Assembly (NCBI GenBank): GCA_041619515.1
Contig: JBFKDW010000025.1
Coordinates: 1-35,329, forward strand
Direction of reading: 5' to 3'
DNA: 35,329 bases
Origin: Acidimicrobiia bacterium
Lineage (GTDB): Bacteria; Actinomycetota; Acidimicrobiia; Spongiisociales; SHLN01
The notes under the pieces are model-generated. The model saw nothing but the letters and a program-made list of their open reading frames with translations, made no database searches and was not told the DNA's origin. The translations under genes and the position numbers were made by a program. Of this stretch, positions 1 through 7,593 are shown in pieces (position 1 is the first letter of the stretch; each line of letters begins with the position of its first letter).

Positions 1-56
1 GGATGGGGCGTGCCTGGGGGAAAGGGTGGGGCGTCCGCTAACATTTCTTCGCTTTC

Positions 57-118
57 GCCCCCTTAGCTCAGTGGTAGAGCAGTCCTCGTGTGTAGGTCAT
101 GGGAAGGAAGGGGTCCGC
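57..118 (+). pseudogene. Truncated, remodelled tRNA-Thr fragment, copy 1
   Basis: First 25 nt identical to the tRNA at 289; anticodon arm region 12 nt longer, GGT replaced by GGG; no TTC T-loop or 3' acceptor strand. Confidence 0.85.
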
Positions 119-172
119 ATCACCGTTGTCTGGGGGAAAGGGTGGGGCGTCCGCTAACATTTCTTCGCTTTC

Positions 173-234
173 GCCCCCTTAGCTCAGTGGTAGAGCAGTC
201 CTCGTGGGTAGGTCATGGGAAGGAAGGGGTCCGC
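173..234 (+). pseudogene. Truncated, remodelled tRNA-Thr fragment, copy 2
   Basis: Same as copy 1 except one substitution (GTG-TGT-AGG vs GTG-GGT-AGG). Confidence 0.85.
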
Positions 235-270
235 CCGGCCGTTGCCTGGGGGAAAGGATGAGGTGTCCGC

Positions 271-276
271 TAACAT
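271..276 (+). promoter_or_regulatory. Putative -10 element (TAACAT) of the tRNA-Thr operon; identical copies at 39-44 and 155-160
   Basis: TAnnnT hexamer 12 nt upstream of the tRNA 5' end; no convincing -35 at 17-bp spacing. Confidence 0.6.
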
Positions 277-288
277 TTCTTCGCTTTC

Positions 289-360
<72 letters not shown>

Positions 361-361
361 C

Positions 362-436
362 GGCGGCGTAGCTCAGACTGGTTAGAGCGCTCGGCTCATA
401 ATCGAGAGGTCGGTGGTTCAAGTCCACCCGCCGCTA
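362..436 (+). tRNA. tRNA-Met(CAT), elongator type
   Basis: GGCGGCG/CGCCGCT acceptor, CTCGG-CT-CAT-AA-TCGAG anticodon arm, GGTGG-TTCAAGT-CCACC T arm; lacks initiator hallmarks (C1 mismatch, three G-C pairs); 1 nt after tRNA-Thr. Confidence 0.95.
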
Positions 437-455
437 CCGACAGAGAGGTTCACAC

Positions 456-617
456 ATGCCATCACAGAAGAGACCGATCATCACGCTCGCATGCGAGGAA
501 TGCAAGGAGCGGAACTACGTGACCGACAAGAACAGGACGAACACCCGCGATCGGCTGCAGCTGCAGAAGTACTGCAACCGGTGCCGACGTCACACGTCAC
601 ACAAAGAGACCAGATGA
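456..617 (+). CDS. rpmG: 50S ribosomal protein L33, zinc-binding (C+) form; absent from the supplied ORF track
   Basis: Translated by hand: [53 protein letters not shown] (53 aa), two CxxC motifs, GAGG Shine-Dalgarno, canonical position. Confidence 0.98.
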   Translation: MPSQKRPIITLACEECKERNYVTDKNRTNTRDRLQLQKYCNRCRRHTSHKETR

Positions 618-633
618 TTAGAAAGGTCCCGGC

Positions 634-1491
634 ATGAGCGGGGACCTCGCCGGGTTGGTTGGGCGCACCTACGGGCCTTCTCATCTGCGGACCTCGGTGG
701 AGAAGGTTGAGGAGTTCGTGCTGGCCACCGGCGATGACCCCGGGCGCTGGGAGTTCCACGCACCGCCCGGTTTCGCGGCGGTGGCCCTGTTCAAGGCGGC
801 CCCGGCGTTCTTCGAGGACGAAGACGCTGCCGACTACGCCAACACCCTCGTGCACGTCGATCAGACGTTCCGCTGGCATCACCCGCTGCCACAGGAGATA
901 GACACCCGGGTGACCGGGGAGGTGGAGAGTGTGCGCCATCGCGGTGAGATGTTCTTCGTGACCTTCACCACCCGAACCGAAGGCGACGACGGAACCCCTT
1001 ATCTCGAGGCGTCTTCGACGTTTCTCATGACCGAGGGGGCGCTTCCGAAGGAGCGGGTTACCGTGCAGCCGGAACCGCCCTGGGACCATCGCGGCGAGAA
1101 CCAGGCACCCTCGGCGGGGGAGCTGCCTCCGGTCGGGGCCTCCCTGCCCCCGCTCCTGAAGTCGGCCAGCCGGGCCGACCTGGTGCGATACGCCGGGGCG
1201 ACCCGGGACTGGAACCCCATCCATTGGGACCACGCGGCGGCGGTGGCAGCGGGATTGCCCGGCGTGATCGCGCATGGCTTGCTGATGGCAGCCTGGGTGG
1301 CCCAGGCTGCCGGTCGGGTCGTCCCGGGACCACGACCGTTGTCCGACATGCGGCTTCGCTTTCGTCAGCCGCTCAGGCCGGGCGTTCAGGCCGAGGTCGT
1401 GGCCGATGTGAAGGCTCCAAATGTTCTAACCTGCGTCATCCGGTCCCACGACACCGACCTGGTGACCGCAGACGCAACCCTCGGGCGGTAA
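634..1491 (+). CDS. Fused double hotdog (MaoC-family) acyl dehydratase, HadA/HadB-like
   Basis: N-half with EFVLATGD, APPGF, LVHVDQTFRWHHPL; C-half with hydratase-2 motif YAGATRDWNPIHWD and GVIAHGLL; sits between rpmG and tRNA-Trp like mycobacterial hadABC. Confidence 0.88.
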   Translation: MSGDLAGLVGRTYGPSHLRTSVEKVEEFVLATGDDPGRWEFHAPPGFAAVALFKAAPAFFEDEDAADYANTLVHVDQTFRWHHPLPQEIDTRVTGEVESVRHRGEMFFVTFTTRTEGDDGTPYLEASSTFLMTEGALPKERVTVQPEPPWDHRGENQAPSAGELPPVGASLPPLLKSASRADLVRYAGATRDWNPIHWDHAAAVAAGLPGVIAHGLLMAAWVAQAAGRVVPGPRPLSDMRLRFRQPLRPGVQAEVVADVKAPNVLTCVIRSHDTDLVTADATLGR

Positions 1492-1495
1492 CCCC

Positions 1496-2056
1496 ATGGC
1501 CGATCGCAACGTCGAAGAAGCAGACGAACTGCTCGACCGGGCGCGCCGGGGTGACGAAGGTGCGTTCACCGAGCTGGTTCGACACCATCAGAACGAGGTG
1601 TTCACATTGGCGCTGCGTCTCCTTGGCAACTACGAGCTGGCCGCCGATGCCGCCCAGGAGACCTTCATCAGGGCATGGCGGGCCCTGCCCCGGTTCCGAG
1701 GTGACTCTGCGTTGTCGACGTGGCTCCATCGGATAACCGTCAACACCAGCTGGAGCCTCGGTCGTCGCGCTCAGCGCCACTCGGCTTCGTCCCTCGACGA
1801 GTCCATCCTGCTCAACGAGGACTCGGCCCCCTCGCCGGAGTCGTCCCTCGAGACGGCTGAGCTCGGCAGCCGGTTGCGACGGGCCGTCGCGGAGCTTCCG
1901 GACCCTCAACGGGCGGTGGTCGTTCTCAAGGACATGTACGGATGGTCGCACGCCGAGGTGGCGAAGGCGCTCAACATCAGTGTCACCGCAGCCAAAGTCC
2001 GTCTCCATCGGGCCCGCCACAAACTGAAGGGGAAGCTGTGGGGCGAGATGGAATGA
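1496..2056 (+). CDS. ECF RNA polymerase sigma factor
   Basis: Region 2 (DAAQETFIRAWRALPRFRGDSALSTWLHRITVN) and region 4 (YGWSHAEVAKALNISVTAAKVRLHRAR). Confidence 0.95.
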   Translation: MADRNVEEADELLDRARRGDEGAFTELVRHHQNEVFTLALRLLGNYELAADAAQETFIRAWRALPRFRGDSALSTWLHRITVNTSWSLGRRAQRHSASSLDESILLNEDSAPSPESSLETAELGSRLRRAVAELPDPQRAVVVLKDMYGWSHAEVAKALNISVTAAKVRLHRARHKLKGKLWGEME

Positions 2057-2358
2057 GCATCCGGTGCCTCCTCCGGTCGCGTCGGCTGGCGGAAGACCCG
2101 AACCTGGTGGACGCCCATGTGTCGTCATGCCTGCGGTGTCAGGTTGAGGCCGTGCGCTATCGCGCCCTCAGGCGGGCCTTGGCGGCGCTCCGGACCGAGA
2201 GCGTCGTGGCCCCGGTCGGGCTCGTCACCGTCGTGACGTCCAGCTTGGGTACAGGCCCCCCGGTGCCGAAGAAGTCCGCAGCGCTCGAGACGGCTGCGGC
2301 GGCTGCCGGGCTGGCCGCCGTGGCGGTCGCATTGTGGCGGCGCACCCTGAGCGCCTAG
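2053..2358 (+). CDS. Putative zinc-binding anti-sigma factor (ZAS) with C-terminal membrane anchor
   Basis: ATGA overlap with sigma stop; HVSSCLRC matches HxxxCxxC; hydrophobic tail AAAAAGLAAVAVALWRR. Confidence 0.8.
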   Translation: MSIRCLLRSRRLAEDPNLVDAHVSSCLRCQVEAVRYRALRRALAALRTESVVAPVGLVTVVTSSLGTGPPVPKKSAALETAAAAAGLAAVAVALWRRTLSA

Positions 2359-2365
2359 GTCTGCG

Positions 2366-2454
2366 TAAACTGCCCGACCACGCGCCCAGGGATGCCACCT
2401 TGGGCGAACGTGCGCTTATACTCGGGCCGTCTCGCAGGGCTGCCGCCCTAGGAT
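2366..2454 (+). promoter_or_regulatory. Candidate tandem -10 elements for tRNA-Trp/secE operon
   Basis: TAAACT (2366), TATACT (2417), TAGGAT (2449) in a GC-rich intergenic region; which are used is unknown. Confidence 0.45.
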
Positions 2455-2468
2455 TCGGCTCACCACAG

Positions 2469-2542
2469 AGGGGTGTAGCTCGAATTGGCAGAGCGCCGGT
2501 CTCCAAAACCGGAGGTTGTGGGTTCGAGTCCCACCGCCCCTG
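2469..2542 (+). tRNA. tRNA-Trp(CCA)
   Basis: AGGGGTG/CGCCCCT acceptor, CCGGT-CT-CCA-AA-ACCGG anticodon arm, GTGGG-TTCGAGT-CCCAC T arm; canonical position before secE. Confidence 0.98.
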
Positions 2543-2606
2543 CCGGCCCGCGAGGCACGGTGAGATAGGGCTCCCCGCAGAGGGGGGCCTGCGTACAGAG
2601 GATCTG

Positions 2607-2915
2607 ATGAACAGAGAACTTCGTCGACAACAAGCCCGCCAGGAGCGGCTCGACAAGAAACAAGCCAAGCCCAGCCGCCAGGCGGCAGCCCAGCGCGTCG
2701 CCGGCAAGGCAGTCGGAGAAGGTCGCGAGCGCCGCAGCATACGCACCTACCTTCACGAAGTCCGCCAGGAGCTGGCCAAGGTCGCCTGGCCCGATCGACG
2801 CACCCTGACGACCTACACCGCGGTGTCACTGATCGCCACAGTGGCCCTGACGGGATACACGGCCGGGCTTGATTTCATCTTCAAGAACGCCTTCGTCGAT
2901 TTCCTCCTCGGATGA
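2607..2915 (+). CDS. secE: Preprotein translocase subunit SecE
   Basis: YLHEVRQELAKVAWP motif followed by one TM helix; start reassigned to ATG 2607 after GAGGA. Confidence 0.95.
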   Translation: MNRELRRQQARQERLDKKQAKPSRQAAAQRVAGKAVGEGRERRSIRTYLHEVRQELAKVAWPDRRTLTTYTAVSLIATVALTGYTAGLDFIFKNAFVDFLLG

Positions 2916-3913
2916 CCAGCATGGAAGACCAGGTCACCGCCCCGTCCGACCCCGACACGGACGACCCGAGCGAGGACGCGCTCGAGCCTTCCGACTCAGT
3001 GGATGCCACTCCTGCAGGGATCGATCCTTCTGCAGGTGATGAGCCGCCCATCGAGGAAGAGTCTGGAGCTGCCGGATTGCTTGCAGCCGCCTTTGCCTCG
3101 GCGGGGCTCACCTCCAGCGACAAGCTGGAAGAGGTTCTTTCCCACGAGGAACAGCAGGCGGCGGCCGAGGCCGAGGCAGGTGAGGAACAGCAGGCGGCGG
3201 CCGAAGCCGAGGCAGGTGTTGCTGTGGAGACGGTCGAGCCTGAACCGGCTGAGGCGGAAGAGGCGAAACCCGAGGCCGAGACCGCAACCGAGGATGAGGA
3301 AGAGGAAGCCACCGACGAGGACGCCGAAGAGGAGACCGCTGCGGTCGATACCGGCCCGGCCAGTCCCTATGACCTCCCCGGCGAGTGGTTTGTGATCCAC
3401 TCGTATTCCGGATACGAGAACAAGGTGAAGGCGAACCTCGAGACCCGCATCCATTCGATGCACATGGAAGGGGAGATCTTCGACGTTGTCATCCCGATGG
3501 AGGATGTTGTCGAGATCAAGGGCGGCCGCAAGGTGACGGTCCCCAAGAAGGTGTTCCCCGGGTACATCCTGGTTCGCATGTATCTGACAGACGATTCCTG
3601 GTTTGCAGTGCGCAACACACCGGGTGTGACCGGCTTTGTCGGATCAGGCACCAAGCCGGTGCACCTGTCACGCCGAGAGGTGGAGCGCATCCTCGGAGTC
3701 AAGAAAGAGGAGGCAGTCGGGAAGGCCGCTCCTCGATTCCAGCCTGCCTGGGGGGTTGGCGAGACGGTGCGAGTGGTCGATGGTCCCTTTGCAGACTTCA
3801 ATGGGGTCATCGAGGAAATCAACCTCGATCAATCCAAGGTTCGAGTGCTGGTCAACATCTTTGGCCGGGAGACACCCGTCGAACTGAACTTCGAACAGAT
3901 CGTGAAGCTCTAG
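2912..3913 (+). CDS. nusG: Transcription termination/antitermination factor NusG with long acidic N-terminal extension
   Basis: WFVIHSYSGYENKVK, KVFPGYILVRM, VRNTPGVTGFVG, KOW motif GPFADFNG, IFGRETPVEL. Confidence 0.98.
   Translation: MTSMEDQVTAPSDPDTDDPSEDALEPSDSVDATPAGIDPSAGDEPPIEEESGAAGLLAAAFASAGLTSSDKLEEVLSHEEQQAAAEAEAGEEQQAAAEAEAGVAVETVEPEPAEAEEAKPEAETATEDEEEEATDEDAEEETAAVDTGPASPYDLPGEWFVIHSYSGYENKVKANLETRIHSMHMEGEIFDVVIPMEDVVEIKGGRKVTVPKKVFPGYILVRMYLTDDSWFAVRNTPGVTGFVGSGTKPVHLSRREVERILGVKKEEAVGKAAPRFQPAWGVGETVRVVDGPFADFNGVIEEINLDQSKVRVLVNIFGRETPVELNFEQIVKL
3146..3217 (+). repeat. 36-nt direct duplication in nusG extension (EEQQAAAEAEAG x2)
   Basis: 3146-3181 and 3182-3217 differ at one synonymous position. 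Confidence 0.95.
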
Positions 3914-3956
3914 TGGCTGATCTGTGCACACACTTCTGCAGCAAGGAGCTGTAACC

Positions 3957-4385
3957 ATGGGTCGCAAGAAGCTGATGGCCGTAATCAAACTCCAGGTGCC
4001 CGCCGGCCAGGCCAGCCCGGCGCCGCCGGTCGGCCCTGCGCTGGGCCAGCACGGCGTGAACATCATGGATTTCGTGCAGGCCTATAACGCCCAGACTGCC
4101 GATCAGATCGGCACGATCGTTCCGGTCGAGATAAGCGTGTACGAGGACCGGAGCTTCACCTTCATCACCAAGACACCTCCCGCCGCAGTCCTTCTGCGCC
4201 AGGCTGCCCGGGTTGCCAAGGGCTCGCCGGAGCCGCATCGGGAGAAGGTGGCGTCGGTAACCCGAGCGCAAGTCAAGGAAATTGCAGAGACGAAGATGCC
4301 CGACCTCAATGCCAATGACATCGAGGCGGCGATGAAGATCGTTGAGGGAACCGCCCGCTCGATGGGCTTCACCGTCGAGGGATAG
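3957..4385 (+). CDS. rplK: 50S ribosomal protein L11
   Basis: [32 protein letters not shown]; start ATG 3957 after AAGGAG. Confidence 0.99.
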   Translation: MGRKKLMAVIKLQVPAGQASPAPPVGPALGQHGVNIMDFVQAYNAQTADQIGTIVPVEISVYEDRSFTFITKTPPAAVLLRQAARVAKGSPEPHREKVASVTRAQVKEIAETKMPDLNANDIEAAMKIVEGTARSMGFTVEG

Positions 4386-4399
4386 CAACCCGACATATC

Positions 4400-4427
4400 G
4401 TGGGAGGCCGTGTGCCGTTTGCACCAC
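4400..4427 (+). promoter_or_regulatory. Putative L1-binding autoregulatory RNA element upstream of rplA
   Basis: GTGG-GA-GGC...GCC...CCAC stem/internal-loop pattern directly abutting the AAGGAG of rplA, resembling known L1 operator sites. Confidence 0.65.
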
Positions 4428-4439
4428 AAGGAGTTATGA

Positions 4440-5156
4440 ATGCCAAAGCACGGGAAGAGATTCAGCACTGCAGCCGAACGGGTCGACCGAACCGCCAGCT
4501 ACGAGCCTCGGGAGGCCCTCGAACTGGTCAAGGCCGGGGCGGTCGCCAAGTTCGATGAGACCATCGAGGCCAACTACCGGCTGGGGATAGACCCCCGGCA
4601 TGCGGAGCAGAATGTGCGCGGCACGGTGTCGCTGCCTCACGGCACCGGCAAGTCGATTCGAGTTGCCGTCTTCGCCGCCGGGGACAAAGCGAAGGAGGCC
4701 GAGGAGGCCGGTGCCGACCTGGTGGGTGGCAAGGAGCTGGCCGAGGCGATCCAAGGCGGGCGCGACCTCGACTTCGATCTGACTATTGCTACTCCGGACC
4801 TGATGTCCGAGGTCGGCAAGGTGGGGAAGATTCTGGGGCCGCGAGGCCTCATGCCGAACCCAAAGGCGGGCACGGTTACGTTCGACATCGCCAAGACGGT
4901 GGAGGAGTTCAAGGCCGGCAAGATCGAATATCGCAACGATCGAGCGGGAAACGTGCACGGTGTCGTCGGAAAGGCCTCGTTCGAGGTCGATCAACTCGTC
5001 GACAATCTGGCGGCCTTCACCGATGAGATCGTTCGGGCTCGCCCGGCTGCTACCAAAGGCCGGTTCATCCGCAACTTGTCTGTGTCATCGACGATGGGTC
5101 CAGGGGTTCGAGTCGATCTGGCGTTGATCGAGGATCTGGCCAAGCTGGCACACTGA
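4440..5156 (+). CDS. rplA: 50S ribosomal protein L1
   Basis: [44 protein letters not shown]. Confidence 0.99.
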   Translation: MPKHGKRFSTAAERVDRTASYEPREALELVKAGAVAKFDETIEANYRLGIDPRHAEQNVRGTVSLPHGTGKSIRVAVFAAGDKAKEAEEAGADLVGGKELAEAIQGGRDLDFDLTIATPDLMSEVGKVGKILGPRGLMPNPKAGTVTFDIAKTVEEFKAGKIEYRNDRAGNVHGVVGKASFEVDQLVDNLAAFTDEIVRARPAATKGRFIRNLSVSSTMGPGVRVDLALIEDLAKLAH

Positions 5157-5224
5157 GTTCCCGGCGCCCGTGTTGGCGGTACCCGCGAGAGCCGATTAAT
5201 CTCACCCCACAACCAATAACTCCA

Positions 5225-5312
5225 GGCCGGAGACCGCCGGTGCCATTCGTGGCCGAAGCTACCTGCGCAGGTCGGAACCATCGAGGCTCCTTCCGTTCGG
5301 TCGGAGCCTTTG
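5225..5312 (+). promoter_or_regulatory. L10 leader (ribosomal protein leader RNA) with terminator-like hairpin
   Basis: CCGGAGACCGCCGGT...ACCTGCGCAGGT core upstream of rplJ, then AGGCTCC/GGAGCCT hairpin plus TT; candidate -10 TAATCT at 5197-5202. Confidence 0.85.
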
Positions 5313-5333
5313 CAATTACGGACAGGAGCAGAC

Positions 5334-6116
5334 ATGGCACGGCCAGAGAAGGTCGCCGTTGTCGAGGAGATCAAAGAGAAGTTCGAAGCGGCGCGGGCGG
5401 TGTTCGTCACCGAATACCGGGGCCTCACCGTGGGCCAGCAGCAGGAATTGCGCAGGTCGCTGCGAAAGGCGGACGCCGACTACAAGGTCCTCAAGATGAC
5501 GCTGGCCCGAAGGGCCGCCACGGAAGCCGGGTACGACGAGCTGCTCGAGTGGTTGGAAGGCCCGACCGCAATTGCCTTCGCCGGCGGCGATCCCGTCCCT
5601 ACCGCCAAGAGCCTCAAAGACTTTGCAGCCCTCCACGACAGCTTGGTGGTCAAGGGTGGGATGCTGGCAGGTGCGACGCTCGATGCCGACGCCATCCGCC
5701 GGCTGGCCGACATAGAGCCCCGCCCCGTTCTGCTCGCCAAGCTGGCCGGTGCCATGAGCGCCCCCATGTCCAAGCTGGCGGGCCTGATGAACGCGATCAT
5801 GCGGCAGCCGGTGACCGCCATGCAGCAGCTGCTCGAGAAGAAGCAGCAGGAGGCGCCGGCGGAACCGGAAGCAGCCGAGCCGGGAGCCGCCGAGCCGGAA
5901 GCCGCCGAGGAAGCAGCCGAGCCGGAAGCCGAGGAGGCTGCGGAGCCGGAAGCCGCCGAACCGGAAGCCGAGGAGGCCACCGAGCCGGAAGCCGCCGAGC
6001 CGGAAGCCGAGGAGGCTGCGGAGCCGGAGGCCGCCGAGCCGGTCGCCGGAGACGTCGAGAACGAGGCCGCCGACGAGCCCGGTGACGAAGAACCCGCTGA
6101 TTCTGAAGACGAATAG
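5334..6116 (+). CDS. rplJ: 50S ribosomal protein L10 with 88-aa acidic C-terminal tail
   Basis: [44 protein letters not shown]; start ATG 5334 after AGGAG. Confidence 0.98.
   Translation: MARPEKVAVVEEIKEKFEAARAVFVTEYRGLTVGQQQELRRSLRKADADYKVLKMTLARRAATEAGYDELLEWLEGPTAIAFAGGDPVPTAKSLKDFAALHDSLVVKGGMLAGATLDADAIRRLADIEPRPVLLAKLAGAMSAPMSKLAGLMNAIMRQPVTAMQQLLEKKQQEAPAEPEAAEPGAAEPEAAEEAAEPEAEEAAEPEAAEPEAEEATEPEAAEPEAEEAAEPEAAEPVAGDVENEAADEPGDEEPADSEDE
5919..6035 (+). repeat. 39-nt tandem repeat x3 encoding EPEAEEA(A/T)EPEAA
   Basis: Three consecutive near-identical 13-codon units within the rplJ tail. Confidence 0.95.
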
Positions 6117-6139
6117 AGTTCGCAAAAGGAGAAATGACT

Positions 6140-6523
6140 ATGGCGAAGATGACAACCGACGACCTGCTGGAGCACTTCGAGGGCATGACCGTCCTCGAGT
6201 TGTCCGAGTTCGTGAAGGCATTCGAGGATAAGTTCGAAGTGACGGCGGCTGCACCGGTGGCAGTCGCGGTCGCCGGCGGTGACGGCGGTTCGCCCGCCGC
6301 CGAGGAAGAGAAGGACGAGTTCGACGTCATGCTCACTGCAGTCGGAGACAAGAAGATTCAGGTCATCAAGGAGGTGCGATCGCTCACCAGTCTCGGCCTG
6401 AAAGAAGCCAAGGAGCTGGTGGAGAGCGCCCCCGTCGCCGTCCTCGAGAGCGTCGACGAGGAAGCCGCCAACAAGGCGAAGGAAGCGTTGGAGGGCGCCG
6501 GCGCCCAGGTCGAGCTCAAGTAG
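6140..6523 (+). CDS. rplL: 50S ribosomal protein L7/L12
   Basis: [47 protein letters not shown] 6140 preferred over 6134 on AGGAG spacing. Confidence 0.99.
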   Translation: MAKMTTDDLLEHFEGMTVLELSEFVKAFEDKFEVTAAAPVAVAVAGGDGGSPAAEEEKDEFDVMLTAVGDKKIQVIKEVRSLTSLGLKEAKELVESAPVAVLESVDEEAANKAKEALEGAGAQVELK

Positions 6524-6549
6524 CCGGACTGATTCTCGACAACGCATTG

Positions 6550-6574
6550 GAGGGCGTCCCGGTGGGGCGCCCTC
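6550..6574. terminator. GC-rich hairpin between convergent rplL and small membrane protein gene
   Basis: GAGGGCGTCCC-ggt-GGGGCGCCCTC inverted repeat; no U-tract. Confidence 0.6.
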
Positions 6575-6621
6575 TGGCAGCTGCGCTCGTCTCCACCCCC
6601 CCGGAGGGCCCAGTCTTGTCC

Positions 6622-6840
6622 CTACCGCACCGTTGCGAACCGCAGCATCGCCGCCACGAACAGAATCGCTCCCACGGCGATGAGCCCGCTTCCGACGACC
6701 GTTCCGGGCAAGGCTCCCAGATCACCGGGGTAGCAAGTTGTGAACCGGGACGAGAATGAGACCGACCGGCAGCCGATCACCTCGATGCCGCGGAAAATCA
6801 GAAAGAACCCGCCCGCCATCGACGCAAATGACAGAACCAT
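6622..6840 (-). CDS. Hypothetical small membrane protein (two hydrophobic segments, two-Cys loop)
   Basis: 72 aa, fills the rplL-purN gap, GGGGGTG SD-like motif before ATG and candidate -10 TACATT at 6874-6879; no family recognised. Confidence 0.65.
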   Translation of the reverse strand: MVLSFASMAGGFFLIFRGIEVIGCRSVSFSSRFTTCYPGDLGALPGTVVGSGLIAVGAILFVAAMLRFATVR

Positions 6841-6992
6841 GATTCCACCCCCGATCAGGCTGTGATCCTCCTGAATGTATACGTCGGTGCCGGGCGGCGT
6901 TCCTTTAGCTCTTGAGGAGCGGCGACTCGAGTCGGCCCGGTCGCCGGCAACCGATGACGGCAGACCCGCTCCCGAGCTCTATCCTCACCGGC

Positions 6993-7592
6993 ATGGCGCA
7001 AACTCCCATCGCCGTGCTCATCTCGGGGCGTGGCTCGAATTTGCGCCGCATCCTCGAAATGGAGCCCGTCTCCGCCTACCGGGTCGCCGTCGTGGTCGCC
7101 GACCGGGACGCCCCGGGCCTCGAGTGGGCTAGGGAGCACGCCGTGCCCACTCGAGTAGTGCCCTGGTCGGCCTATCCCGACCGGAGTGCGTTCACCGCCG
7201 CGCTCTGCGATGCGGTCGACTCGCATGGATGTGAGCTGGTGGTGCTCGCCGGCTTCATGCGAATACTTGCCCCGGTTGCAATCGAGCGGTACCCGGGGCG
7301 CATCATCAACATCCATCCGTCCCTGTTGCCGGCGTTTCCCGGCGCCCGTGCAGTCGAGAATGCGCTTGCATCCGGAAACGCCCACACGGGAATCACCGTC
7401 CACGTGGTGGTCGAAGATGTCGACGCCGGCCCGATTCTCGCCCAGCGGTCGGTGCCCATCTATCCAGACGACGACGTCGAAACGCTGCACGCACGCATTC
7501 AGGAGCAAGAGCACGAGCTATACCCCGCGGTCATCGACGCCCTCGTCACCAAAATGGCCCGGGAAGCGGCGGGGGTCCCGCAGAAAGAGTGA
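6993..7592 (+). CDS. purN: Phosphoribosylglycinamide formyltransferase
   Basis: IAVLISGRGSNL, LAGFMRIL, INIHPSLLPAFPG, VDAGPI; start reassigned to ATG 6993. Confidence 0.98.
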   Translation: MAQTPIAVLISGRGSNLRRILEMEPVSAYRVAVVVADRDAPGLEWAREHAVPTRVVPWSAYPDRSAFTAALCDAVDSHGCELVVLAGFMRILAPVAIERYPGRIINIHPSLLPAFPGARAVENALASGNAHTGITVHVVVEDVDAGPILAQRSVPIYPDDDVETLHARIQEQEHELYPAVIDALVTKMAREAAGVPQKE

Positions 7593-7593
7593 C

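Noticed and set aside
11..234. Functional tRNA genes or att sites of an integrated element
   Set aside because: No T arm or 3' acceptor strand; no integrase or cargo between the copies within the window (sequence upstream is unseen).
6841..6872. CTG start (6858) for the small membrane protein behind AGGAGG
   Set aside because: That AGGAGG directly abuts the candidate -10 and would barely be transcribed; ATG 6840 has its own SD-like GGGGGTG.
6875..7593. ZTP (pfl) or purine riboswitch upstream of purN/purH
   Set aside because: Consensus elements not recognisable; purN looks leaderless and purH starts 1 nt after the purN stop.
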